From Eledone cirrhosa (Eukaryota), in assembly GCA_964016885.1 (NCBI GenBank), contig OZ024742.1, positions 164,052,001 to 164,116,000 of the forward strand: 64,000 bases of DNA. Reading direction: 5' to 3'. Positions 13,601-27,000 of the stretch are shown one piece after another. Both the position numbers and the translations under genes were made by a program. The notes beneath the pieces are model-generated. The model was not told where the DNA came from. It saw only the letters and a list, made by a program, of their open reading frames with translations, and searched no databases. The first letter of the stretch is position 1. Every line of letters starts with the position of its first letter.

Positions 13601-16600
13601 AATTACCTCTCCTTGGACGGCTGGAAAATATGTCCTTGGACGGCTGGATATTATCTACCCTTGGACGGCTGGAAATTATCTCCCCTTGGACGGCTGGAAA
13701 TTATCTCCCCTTGGACGGCTAGATATTACCTCCCCTTGGACGGCTGGAAATTATCTCCCCTTGATTTTGTTTACAAATTATCTCCCCCTGATTTTTTTTT
13801 ACAAATTATCTCCCCCTGATTTTTTTTTACAAATTATCTACCCCTGATTTTTTTTTACAAATTATCTCCCCCTGATTTTTTTTACAAATTATCTCCCTGA
13901 TTTTTTTTTACAAATTATCTCCCCCTGATTTTTTTTTACAAATTATCTACCCCTGATTTTTTTTTACAAATTATCTCCCCCTGATTTTTTTTACAAATTA
14001 TCTCCCCCTGATTTTTTTACAAATTATCTCCCCCCGATTTTTTTTACAAATTATCTCCGCCTAATTTTTTTAAATATTATCTTCCCTTGGCTGGCGGGAA
14101 ATTATCTCCCCTTGGACGGCTGAAAATTATCTCCCCTTGGACGGCTGGAAATTATCTCCCATTGATTTTTTTACAAATTATCTCCCCCTGATTTTTTTTT
14201 ACAAATTATCTACCCCTGATTTTTTTTTACAAATTATCTCCCCCTGATTTTTTTACAAATTATCTCCCCTTGGCTGGCTGGAAATTATCTCCCCTTGGAG
14301 GCTGGAATTTATCTCCCCTTGGACGGCTAGAAATTACCTCTCCTTGGACGGCTGGAAAATATGTCTCCTTGGACGGCTGGATATTATCTACCCTTGGACG
14401 GCTGGAAATTATCTCCCCTTGGACGGCTGGAAATTATCTCCCCTTGAACGGCTGGAAATTATCTCCCCTTGGACGGCTGGAAATTATCTCCCCTTGGACG
14501 GCTAGAAATTACCTCTCCTTGGACGGCTGAAAATTATCTCCCCTTGGACGGCTGCAAATTATCTCCCCTTGATTTTTTTAACAAATTATCTCCCCCTGAT
14601 TTTTTTTTACAAATTATCTCCCCCTGATTTTTTTTTACAAATTATCTACGCCTAATTTTTTTTACAAATTATCTCCCCCTGATTTTTTTTACAAATTATC
14701 TCCCCTTGGCTGGCTGGAAATTATCTCCCCTTGGAGGCTGGAATTTATCTCCACTTGGACGGTTAGAAATTACCTCTCCTTGGACTGCTGGAAAATATGT
14801 CTCCTTGGACGGCTGGAAATTATCTCCCCTTGGACGGCTGGAAATTATCTCCCCTTGGACGGCTGGAAATTATCTCTCCTCGGACGACTAGAAATTACCT
14901 CTCCTTGGACAGCTGAAAATGATCTCCCCTTGGACGGCTGGAAATTATCTCCCCTTGATTTTTTTTACAAATTATCTCCCCCCGATTTTTTTTTACAAAT
15001 TATCTCCCCCTGATTTTTTTTTACAAATTATCTCCCCCTGATTTTTTTTACAAATTATCTCCCCCTGATATTTTTTACAAATTATCTCCCCCTGATTTTT
15101 TTACAAATTATCTCCCCTTGGCTGGCTGGAAATTATCTCCCCTTGGAGGCTGGAATTTATCTCCCCTTGGACGGCTAGAAATTACCTCGCCTTGGACGGC
15201 TGGAAAATATGTCTCCTTGGACGGCTGGAAATTATCTCCCCTTGGACGGCTGGAAATTATCTCCCCTTGGACGGCTGGAAATTATCTCCCTTTGGACGGC
15301 TAGATATTACCTCCCCTTGGACGGCTGGAAATTATCTCCCCTTGATTTTTTTTACAAATTATCTCCCCCTGATTTTTTTTTACAAATTATCTCCCCCTGA
15401 TTTTTTTTTACGAATTATCTCCCCCTGATTTTTTTTTACAAATTATCTCCGCCTGATTTTTTTTTTTAAATTATCTCCCCTTGAACGGCTGGAAATTATC
15501 TCCCCTTGGACGGCTGGAAATTATCTCCCCTTGGACGGCTAGAAATTACCTCTCCTTGGACGGCTGAAAATTATCTCCCCTTGGACGGCTGCAAATTATC
15601 TCCCCTTGATTTTTTAACAAATTATCTCCCCCTGATTTTTTTTTACAAATTATCTCCCCCTGATTTTTTTTTACAAATTATCTACGCCTAATTTTTTTTA
15701 CAAATTATCTCCCCCTGATTTTTTTTTACAAATTATCTCCCCCTGATTTTTTTTACAAATTATCTCCCCCTGATTTTTTTTTACAAATTATTTCCCCCTG
15801 ATTTTTTTACAAATTATCTCCCCCCTGATTTTTTTTACAATCTCCGCCTGATTTTTTAAAAAATTATCTTGCCTTGGCTGGCGGGAAATTATCTCCCCTT
15901 GGACGGCTGGAAATTATATCCCCTTGGACGGCTGGAAATTACCTCCCCTTGGACAGCTGGAAATTATCTGCCCTTGATTTTGTTTTTACAAATTATCTCC
16001 CCCTGATTTTTTTTACAAATTATCTCCACCTGATTTTTTAAAAAATTATCTCCCCTTGGACGGCTGGAAATTATCTCCCCTTGATTTTTTTTACAAATTA
16101 TCTCCCCCTGATTTTTTTTTACAAATTATCTCCCCCTGATTTTTTTTTACAAATTATCTCCCCCTGATTTTTTTTTACAAATTATCTGCCCCTGATTTTT
16201 TTTACAAATTATCTCCCCCTGATTTTTTTACAAATTATCTCCCCTTGGCTGGCTGGAAATTATCTCCCCTTGGAGGCTGGAATTTATCTCCCCTTGGTCG
16301 GCTAGAAATTACCTCTCCTTGGACGGCTGGAAAATATTTCTCCTTGGACGGCTGGATATTATCTACCCTTGGACGGGTGGAAATTATCTCCCCTTGGACG
16401 GCTGGAAATTATCTCCCCTTGGACGGCTAGATATTACCTCCCCTTGGACGACTGGAAATTATCTCCCCTTGATTTTTTTTACAAATTATCTCCCCCTGAA
16501 TTTTTTTTTACAAATTATCTCCCCCTGATTTTTTTTACAAATTATCTCCGCCTGATTTTTTTAAATATTATCTTCTCTTGGCTGGCGGGAAATTATCTCC

Positions 16601-18250
16601 CCTTGGACGGCTGAAAATTATCTCCCCTTGGACGGCTGGAAATTATCTCCCCTTGATTTTTTTTACAAATTATCTCCCCCTGATTTTTTTTTACAAATTA
16701 TCTCCCCCTGATTTTTTTTTACAAATTATCTCCCCCTGATTTTTTTTTTACAAATTATCTCCCCCTGATTTATTTACAAATTATCTCCCCCTGATTTTTT
16801 TTACAAATTATCTCCGCCTGATTTTTTTAAATATTATCTTCTCTTGGCTGGCGGGAAATTATCTCCCCTTGGACGGCTGAAAATTATCTCCCCTTGGACG
16901 GCTGGAAATTATCTCCCCTTGATTTTTTTTACAAATTATCTCCCCCTGATTTTTTTTTACAAATTATCTCCCCCTGATTTTTTTTTACAAATTATCTCCC
17001 CCTGATTTTTTTTTACAAATTATCTCCCCCTGATTTTTTTTACAAATTATCTCCCCCTGATTTTTTTACAAATTATCTCCCCTTGGCTGGCTGGAAATTA
17101 TCTCCCCTTGGAGGCTGGAATTTATCTCCCCTTGGACGGCTAGAAATTACCTCTCCTTGGACGGCTGGAAAATATGTCCTTGGACGGCTGGATATTATCT
17201 ACCCTTGGACGGCTGGAAATTATCTCCCCTTGGACGGCTGGAAATTATCTCCCCTTGGACGGCTAGATATTACCTCCCCTTGGACGGCTGGAAATTATCT
17301 CCCCTTGATTTTGTTTACAAATTATCTCCCCCTGATTTTTTTTTACAAATTATCTCCCCCTGATTTTTTTTTACAAATTATCTACCCCTGATTTTTTTTT
17401 ACAAATTATCTCCCCCTGATTTTTTTTACAAATTATCTCTCCCTGATTTTTTTTTACAAATTATCTCCCCCTGATTTTTTTTTACAAATTATCTACCCCT
17501 GATTTTTTTTTACAAATTATCTCCCCCTGATTTTTTTTACAAATTATCTCCCCCTGATTTTTTTTACAAATTATCTCCCCCTGATTTTTTTACAAATTAT
17601 CTCCCCCCGATTTTTTTTACAAATTATCTCCGCCTAATTTTTTTAAATATTATCTTCCCTTGGCTGGCGGGAAATTATCTCCCCTTGGACGGCTGAAAAT
17701 TATCTCCCCTTGGACGGCTGGAAATTATCTCCCATTGATTTTTTTACAAATTATCTCCCCCTGATTTTTTTTTACAAATTATCTACCCCTGATTTTTTTT
17801 TACAAATTATCTCCCCCTGATTTTTTTACAAATTATCTCCCCTTGGCTGGCTGGAAATTATCTCCCCTTGGAGGCTGGAATTTATCTCCCCTTGGACGGC
17901 TAGAAATTACCTCTCCTTGGACGGCTGGAAAATATGTCTCCTTGGACGGCTGGATATTATCTACCCTTGGACGGCTGGAAATTATCTCCCCTTGGACGGC
18001 TGGAAATTATCTCCCCTTGAACGGCTGGAAATTATCTCCCCTTGGACGGCTGGAAATTATCTCCCCTTGGACGGCTAGAAATTACCTCTCCTTGGACGGC
18101 TGAAAATTATCTCCCCTTGGACGGCTGCAAATTATCTCCCCTTGATTTTTTTAACAAATTATCTCCCCCTGATTTTTTTTTACAAATTATCTCCCCCTGA
18201 TTTTTTTTTACAAATTATCTACGCCTAATTTTTTTTACAAATTATCTCCC
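7687..18250 (+). repeat. Three tandem near-identical copies of the ~3.5-kb HOR
   Basis: Identical ORF anchors at 7699/11217/14706, 9183/12701/16245, 10021/13539/17083 and 10781/14270/17843. Periods are 3,489-3,573 bp and differ by roughly whole B monomers. Confidence 0.9.
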
Positions 18251-20665
18251 CCTGATTTTTTTTACAAATTATCTCCCCCTGATTTTTTTTACAAATTATC
18301 TCCCCCTGATTTTTTTTTACAAATTATCTCCCCCTGATTTTTTTACAAATTATCTCCCCCCTGATTTTTTTTACAATCTCCGCCTGATTTTTTAAAAAAT
18401 TATCTTCCCTTGGCTGGCAGGAAATTATCTCCCCTTGGACGGCTGGAAATTATATCCCCTTGGAAGGATGGAAATTATCTCCCCTTGGACGGCTGGAAAT
18501 TATCTCCCCTTGGACGGCTGGAAATTACCTCCCCTTGGACAGCTGGAAATTATCTGCCCTTGATTTTGTTTTTACAAATTATCTCCCCCTGATTTTTTTT
18601 ACAAATTATCTCCACCTGATTTTTTAAAAAATTATCTCCCCTTGATTTTTTTACAAATTATCTCCCCCTGATTTTTTTTACAAATTATCTCCCCCTGATT
18701 TTTTTTTTACAAATTATCTCCCCCTGATTTTTTTACAAATTATCTCCCCCTGATTTTTTTTACAAATTATCTCCGCCTGATTTTTTTAAATATTATCTTC
18801 CCTTGGCTGGCGGGAAATTATCTCCCCTTGGACGGCTGAAAATTATCTCCCCTTGGACGGCTGGAAATTATCTCCCCTTGATTTTTTTTACAAATTATCT
18901 CCCCCTGATTTTTTTTTACAAATTATCTCCCCCTGATTTTTTTTACAAATTATCTCCCCCTGATTTTTTTTTACAAATTATCTGCCCCTGATTTTTTTTA
19001 CAAATTATCTCCCCCTGATTTTTTTACAAATTATCTCCCCTTGGCTGGCTGGAAATTATCTCCCCTTGGAGGCTGGAATTTATCTCCCCTTGGACGGCTA
19101 GAAATTACCTCTCCTTGGACGGCTGGAAAATATTTCTCCTTGGACGGCTGGATATTATCTACCCTTGGACGGGTGGAAATTATCTCCCCTTGGACGGCTG
19201 GAAATTATCTCCCCTTGGACGGCTAGATATTACCTCCCCTTGGACGGCTGGAAATTATCTCCCCTTGATTTTTTTTACAAATTATCTCCCCCTGATTTTT
19301 TTTACAAATTATCTCCACCTGATTTTTTTACAAATTATCTCCCCCTGATTTTTTTTACAAATTATCTCCCCCTGATTTTTTTTTTACAAATTATCTCCCC
19401 CTGATTTTTTTACAAATTATCTCCCCCTGATTTTTTTTACAAATTATCTCCGCCTGATTTTTTTAAATATTATCTTCCCTTGGCTGGCGGGAAATTATCT
19501 CCCCTTGGACGGCTGAAAATTATCTCCCCTTGGACGGCTGGAAATTATCTCCCCTTGATTTTTTTTACAAATTATCTCCCCCTGATTATTTTTTACAAAT
19601 TATCTTTCCCTGATTTTTTTTTACAAATTATCTCCCCCTGATTTTTTATACAAATTATCTCCCCCTGATTTTTTTACAAATTATCTCCCCTTGGCTGGCT
19701 GGAAATTATCTCCCCTTGGAGGCTGGAATTTATCTCCCCTTGGACGGCTGGAAATTATCTCTCCTTGGACGGCTAGTAATTACCTCTCCTTGGACGGCTG
19801 GAAAATATGTCTCGTTGGAGGGCTGGAAATTATCTCCCCTTGGACGGCTGGAAATTATCTCCCCTTGGACGGCTGGAAATTATCTCTCCTTGGACGGCTA
19901 GAAATTACCTCTCCTTGGACGGCTGAAAATTATCTCTCCTTGGACGGCTGGAAATTATCTCCCCTTGGACGGCTAGATATTACCTCCCCTTGGACGGCTG
20001 GAAATTATCTCCCCTTGATTTTTTTTACAAATTATCTCCCCCTGATTTTTTTTACAAATTATCTCCACCTGATTTTTTTACAAATTATCTCCCCCTGATT
20101 TTTTTTACAAATTATCTCCGCCTAATTTTTTTAAATATTATCTTCCCTTGGCTGGCGGGAAATTATCTCCCCTTGGACGGCTGAAAATTATCTCCCCTTG
20201 GACGGCTGGAAATTATCTCCCCTTGATTTTTTTTACAAATTATCTCCCCCTGATTTTTTTTTACAAATTATCTCCCCCTGATTTTTTTTTACAAATTATC
20301 TCCCCCTGATTTTTTTTACAAATTATCTCCCCTTGGCTGGCTGGAAATTATCTCCCCTTGGAGGCTGGAATTTATCTCCCCTTGGACGGCTAGAAATTAC
20401 CTCTCCTTGGACGGCTGGAAAATATGTCCTTGGACGGCTGGATATTATCTACCCTTGGACGGCTGGAAATTATCTCCCCTTGGACGGCTGGAAATTATCT
20501 CCCCTTGGAGGCTGGAATTTATCTCCCCTTGGACGGCTAGAAATTACCTCTCCTTGGACGGCTGGAAAATATGTCCTTGGACGGCTGGATATTACCTCCC
20601 CTTGGACGGCTGGAAATTATCTCCCCTTGATTTTTTTTACAAATTATCTCCCCCTGATTTTTTTT

Positions 20666-21080
20666 ACAAATCTAATGATTTTTTAAAAAAAATTATCTCC
20701 CCTTCGCTGGCTGGAAATTATCTCCCCTTCGCTGGCTGGAAATTATCTCCCCTTGGACGCTGGAAATTATAGCCCCTTGGAGGGCTGGAAATTATCTTCC
20801 CTTGGACAGCTGGAAATTATCTCCCCTTGGCTCGAAATTATCTCCCCTTGGACGGCTAGAAATTATCTCTCTTTGGACGGCTGGAAATTATCTCCCTTTG
20901 ATTTTTTTTACAAATTATCTCCCCCTGATTTTTTTTACAAATCTCCCCCTGATTTTTTAAAAAAAATTATCCCCCCTTCGCTGGCTGGAAATTATCTCCC
21001 CTTGGACACTGGAAATTATAGCCCCTTGGAGGGCTGGAAATTATCTTCCCTTGGACGGCTGGAAATTATCTCTGCTTGAT
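20666..21080 (+). repeat. Divergent-monomer cassette, subtype 1
   Basis: Rare motifs AAATCTAATGA, CCTTCGCTGGCT, GGACGCTGG, ATTATAGCCCC, GGCTCGAAA and CTCTGCTTGA cluster in about 400 bp. Confidence 0.85.
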
Positions 21081-24000
21081 TTTTTTTACAAATTATCTCC
21101 CCTTGATTTTTTTTTACAAATTATCCCCCCCGATTTTTTTTACAAATTATCTCCCCCTGATTTTTTTTACAAATTATCTCCCCTTGGACGGCTGGAAATT
21201 ATCTCCCCTTGGACGGCTGGAAATTATCTCCCCTTGGACGGCTAGAAATTACCTCTCCTTGGACGACTGAAAATTATCTCCCCTTGGACGGCTGCAAATT
21301 ATCTCCCCTTGATTTTTTTTACAAATTATCTCCGCCTGATTTTTTTTTTTAAATTATCTCCCCTTGGACGGCTGGAAATTACCTCCCCTTGGACGGCTGG
21401 AAATTATCTCCCCTTGGACGGCTAGAAATTACCTCTCATTGGACGGCTGAAAATTATCTCCCCTTGGACGGCTGGAAATTATCTCCCCTTGATTTTTTTT
21501 ACAAATTATCTCCCCCTGATTTTTTTTTACAAATTATCTCCCCCTGATTTTTTTTTTACAAATTATCTCCGCCTGATTTTTTTTTTAAATTATCTCTCCT
21601 TGGACGGCTGGATATTATCTCCCCTTTCATTTTTTTTACAAATTATCTCCCCCTGATTTTTTTTTACAAATTATCTCCCCCTGATTTTTTTTTACAAATT
21701 ATCTACCCCTAATTTTTTTTTACAAATTATCTCCCCCTGATTTTTTTTACAAATTATCTCCCCCTGATTTTTTTTTACAAATTATCTCCCCCTGATTTTT
21801 TTACAAATTATCTCCCCCTGATTTTTTTTACAAATTATCTCCGCCTGATTTTTTTAAATATTATCTTCTCTTGGCTGGCGGGAAATTATCTCCCCTTGGA
21901 CGGCTGAAAATTATCTCCCCTTGGACGACTGGAAATTATCTCCCCTTGATTTTTTTTACAAATTATCTTCCCCTGATTTTTTTTTACAAATTATCTCCCC
22001 CTGATTTTTTTTACAAATTATCTCCCCCTGATTTTTTTTTACAAATTATCTCCCCCTGATTTTTTTTACAAATTATCTCGCCCTGATTTTTTTACAAATT
22101 ATCTCCCCTTGGCTGGCTGGAAATTATCTCCCCTTGGAGGCTGGAATTTATCTCCCCTTGGACGGCTAGAAATTACCTCTCCTTGGACGGCTGGAAAATA
22201 TGTCCTTGGACGGCTGGATATTATCTACCCTTGGACGGCTGGAAATTATCTCCCCTTGGACGGCTGGAAATTATCTCCCCTTGGACGGCTAGATATTACC
22301 TCCCCTTGGACGGCTGGAAATTATCTCCCCTTGATTTTTTTTACAAATTATCCCCCCCTGATTTTTTTTTACAAATTATCTCCCCCTGATTTTTTTTTAC
22401 AAATTATCTACCCCTGATTTTTTTTTACAAATTATCTCCCCCTGATTTTTTTTACAAATTATCTCTCCCTGATTTTTTTTTACAAATTATCTCCCCCTGA
22501 TTTTTTGTTACAAATTATCTACCCCTGATTTTTTTTTACAAATTATCTCCCCCTGATTTTTTTTACAAATTATCTCCCCCTGATTTTTTTTACAAATTAT
22601 CTCCCCCTGATTTTTTTACAAATTATCTCCCCCCGATTTTTTTTACAAATTATCTCCGCCTAATTTTTTTAAATATTATCTTCCCTTGGCTGGCGGGAAA
22701 TTATCTCCCCTTGGACGGCTGAAAATTATCTCCCCTTGGACGGCTGGAAATTATCTCCCCTTGATTTTTTTACAAATTATCTCCCCCTGATTATTTTTTA
22801 CAAATTATCTCCCCCTGATTTTTTTTTACAAATTATCTCCCTCTGATTTTTTTTACAAATTATCTCCCCTTGGCTGGCTGGAAATTATCTCCCCTTGGAG
22901 GCTGGAATTTATCTCCACTTGGACGGTTAGAAATTACCTCTCCTTGGACTGCTGGAAAATATGTCTCCTTGGACGGCTGGAAATTATCTCCCCTTGGACG
23001 GCTGGAAATTATCTCCCCTTGGACGGCTGGAAATTATCTCTCCTCGGACGACTAGAAATTACCTCTCCTTGGACAGCTGAAAATTATCTCCCCTTGGACG
23101 GCTGGAAATTATCTCCCCTTGATTTTTTTTACAAATTATCTCCCCACGATTTTTTTTTACAAATTATCTCCCCCTGATTTTTTTTTACAAATTATCTCCC
23201 CCTGATTTTTTTTACAAATTATCTCCCCCTGATATTTTTTACAAATTATCTCCCCCTGATTTTTTTACAAATTATCTCCCCTTGGCTGGCTGGAAATTAT
23301 CTCCCCTTGGAGGCTGGAATTTATCTCCCCTTGGACGGCTAGAAATTACCTCGCCTTGGACGGCTGGAAAATATGTCTCCTTGGACGGCTGGAAATTATC
23401 TCCCCTTGGACGGCTGGAAATTATCTCCCCTTGGACGGCTGGAAATTATCTCCCCTTGGACGGCTAGATATTACCTCCCCTTGGACGGCTGGAAATTATC
23501 TCCCCTTGATTTTTTTTACAAATTATCTCCCCCTGATTTTTTTTTACAAATTATCTCCCCCTGATTTTTTTTTACGAATTATCTCCCCCTGATTTTTTTT
23601 TACAAATTATCTCCGCCTGATTTTTTTTTTTAAATTATCTCCCCTTGAACGGCTGGAAATTATCTCCCCTTGGACGGCTGGAAATTATCTCCCCTTGGAC
23701 GGCTAGAAATTACCTCTCCTTGGACGGCTGAAAATTATCTCCCCTTGGACGGCTGCAAATTATCTCCCCTTGATTTTTTAACAAATTATCTCCCCCTGAT
23801 TTTTTTTTACAAATTATCTCCCCCTGATTTTTTTTTACAAATTATCTACGCCTAATTTTTTTTACAAATTATCTCCCCCTGATTTTTTTTTACAAATTAT
23901 CTCCCCCTGATTTTTTTTACAAATTATCTCCCCCTGATTTTTTTTTACAAATTATTTCCCCCTGATTTTTTTACAAATTATCTCCCCCCTGATTTTTTTT

Positions 24001-27000
24001 ACAATCTCCGCCTGATTTTTTTAAAAATTATCTTGCCTTGGCTGGCGGGAAATTATCTCCCCTTGGACGGCTGGAAATTATATCCCCTTGGACGGCTGGA
24101 AATTACCTCCCCTTGGACAGCTGGAAATTATCTGCCCTTGATTTTGTTTTTACAAATTATCTCCCCCTGATTTTTTTTACAAATTATCTCCACCTGATTT
24201 TTTAAAAAATTATCTCCCCTTGGACGGCTGGAAATTATCTCCCCTTGATTTTTTTTACAAATTATCTCCCCCTGATTTTTTTTTACAAATTATCTCCCCC
24301 TGATTTTTTTTACAAATTATCTCCCCCTGATTTTTTCTTACAAATTATCTGCCCCTGATTTTTTTTACAAATTATCTCCCCCTGATTTTTTTACAAATTA
24401 TCTCCCCTTGGCTGGCTGGAAATTATCTCCCCTTGGAGGCTGGAATTTATCTCCCCTTGGACGGCTAGAAATTACCTCTCCTTGGACGGCTGGAAAATAT
24501 TTCTCCTTGGACGGCTGGATATTATCTACCCTTGGACGGGTGGAAATTATCTCCCCTTGGACGGCTGGAAATTATCTCCCCTTGGACGGCTAGATATTAC
24601 CTCCCCTTGGACGACTGGAAATTATCTCCCCTTGATTTTTTTTACAAATTATCTCCCCCTGATTTTTTTTTTACAAATTATCTTCCCCTGATTTTTTTTA
24701 CAAATTATCTCCGCCTGATTTTTTTAAATATTATCTTCTCTTGGCTGGCGGGAAATTATCTCCCCTTGGACGGCTGAAAATTATCTCCCCTTGGACGGCT
24801 GGAAATTATCTCCCCTTGATTTTTTTTACAAATTATCTCCCCCTGATTTTTTTTTACAAATTATCTCCCCCTGATTTTTTTTTACAAATTATCTCCCCCT
24901 GATTTTTTTTTTACAAATTATCTCCCCCTGATTTATTTACAAATTATCTCCCCCTGATTTTTTTTACAAATTATCTCCGCCTGATTTTTTTAAATATTAT
25001 CTTCTCTTGGCTGGCGGGAAATTATCTCCCCTTGGACGGCTGAAAATTATCTCCCCTTGGACGGCCGGAAATTATCTCCCCTTGATTTTTTTTACAAATT
25101 ATCTCCCCCTGATTTTTTTTTACAAATTATCTCCCCCTGATTTTTTTTTACAAATTATCTCCCCCTGATTTTTTTTTACAAATTATCTCCCCCTGATTTT
25201 TTTTACAAATTATCTCCCCCTGATTTTTTTACAAATTATCTCCCCTTGGCTGGCTGGAAATTATCTCCCCTTGGAGGCTGGAATTTATCTCCCCTTGGAC
25301 GGCTAGAAATTACCTCTCCTTGGACGGCTGGAAAATATGTCCTTGGACGGCTGGATATTATCTACCCTTGGACGGCTGGAAATTATCTCCCCTTGGACGG
25401 CTGGAAATTATCTCCCCTTGATTTTTTTACAAATTATCTCCCCCTGATTATTTTTTACAAATTATCTCCCCCTGATTTTTTTTTACAAATTATCTCCCTC
25501 TGATTTTTTTTACAAATTATCTCCCCTTGGCTGGCTGGAAATTATCTCCCCTTGGAGGCTGGAATTTATCTCCCCTAGGACGGTTAGAAATTACCTCTCC
25601 TTGGACTGCTGGAAAATATGTCTCCTTGGACGGCTGGAAATTATCTCCCCTTGGACGGCTGGAAATTATCTCCCCTTGGACGGCTGGAAATTATCTCTCC
25701 TCGGACGACTAGAAATTACCTCTCCTTGGACAGCTGAAAATTATCTCCCCTTGGACGGCTGGAAATTATCTCCCCTTGATTTTTTTTACAAATTATCTCC
25801 CCCTGATTTTTTTTTACAAATTATCTCCCCCTGATTTTTTTTTACAAATTATCTCCCCCTGATTTTTTTTACAAATTATCTCTCCCTGATATTTTTTACA
25901 AATTATCTCCCCCTGATTTTTTTACAAATTATCTCCCCTTGGCTGGCTGGAAATTATCTCCCCTTGGAGGCTGGAATTTATCTCCCCTTGGACGGCTAGA
26001 AATTACCTCGCCTTGGACGGCTGGAAAATATGTCTCCTTGGACGGCTGGAAATTATCTCCCCTTGGACGGCTGGAAATTATCTCCCCTTGGACGGCTAGA
26101 TATTACCTCCCCTTGGACGGCTGGAAATTATCTCCCCTTGATTTTTTTACAAATTATCTCCCCCTGATTTTTTTTTACAAATTATCTCCCCCTGATTTTT
26201 TTTTACAAATTATCTACCCCTGATTTTTTTTTACAAATTATCTCCCCCTGATTTGTTTTACAAATTATCTCTCACTGATTTTTTTTTACAAATTATCTCC
26301 CCCTGATTTTTTTTTACAAATTATCTACCCCTGATTTTTTTTTACAAATTATCTCCCCCTGATTTTTTTTACAAATTATCTCCCCCTGATTTTTTTTACA
26401 AATTATCTCCCCCTGATTTTTTTACAAATTATCTCCCCCCGATTTTTTTTACAAATTATCTCCGCCTAATTTTTTTAAATATTATCTTCCCTTGGCTGGC
26501 GGGAAATTATCTCCCCTTGGACGGCTGAAAATTATCTCCCCTTGGACGGCTGGAAATTATCTCCCCTTGATTTTTTTACAAATTATCTCCCCCTGATTAT
26601 TTTTTACAAATTATCTCCCCCTGATTTTTTTTTACAAATTATCTCCCTCTGATTTTTTTTACAAATTATCTCCCCTTGGCTGGCTGGAAATTATCTCCCC
26701 TTGGAGGCTGGAATTTATCTCCCCTTGGACGGTTAGAAATTACCTCTCCTTGGACTGCTGGAAAATGTCTCCTTGGACGGCTGGAAATTATCTCCCCTGG
26801 GACGGCTGGAAATTATCTCCCCTTGGACGGCTGGAAATTATCTCTCCTCGGACGACTAGAAATTACCTCTCCTTGGACAGCTGAAAATTATCTCCCCTTG
26901 GACGGCTGGAAATTATCTCCCCTTGATTTTTTTTACAAATTATCTCCCCCTGATTTTTTTTTACAAATTATCTCCCCCTGATTTTATTTTACAAATTATC

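Noticed and set aside
20362-20509. 147-bp duplication length equals nucleosome core DNA length
   Set aside because: It is just the sum of six monomers (24+25+25+23+25+25), and no 147-bp periodicity is evident elsewhere.
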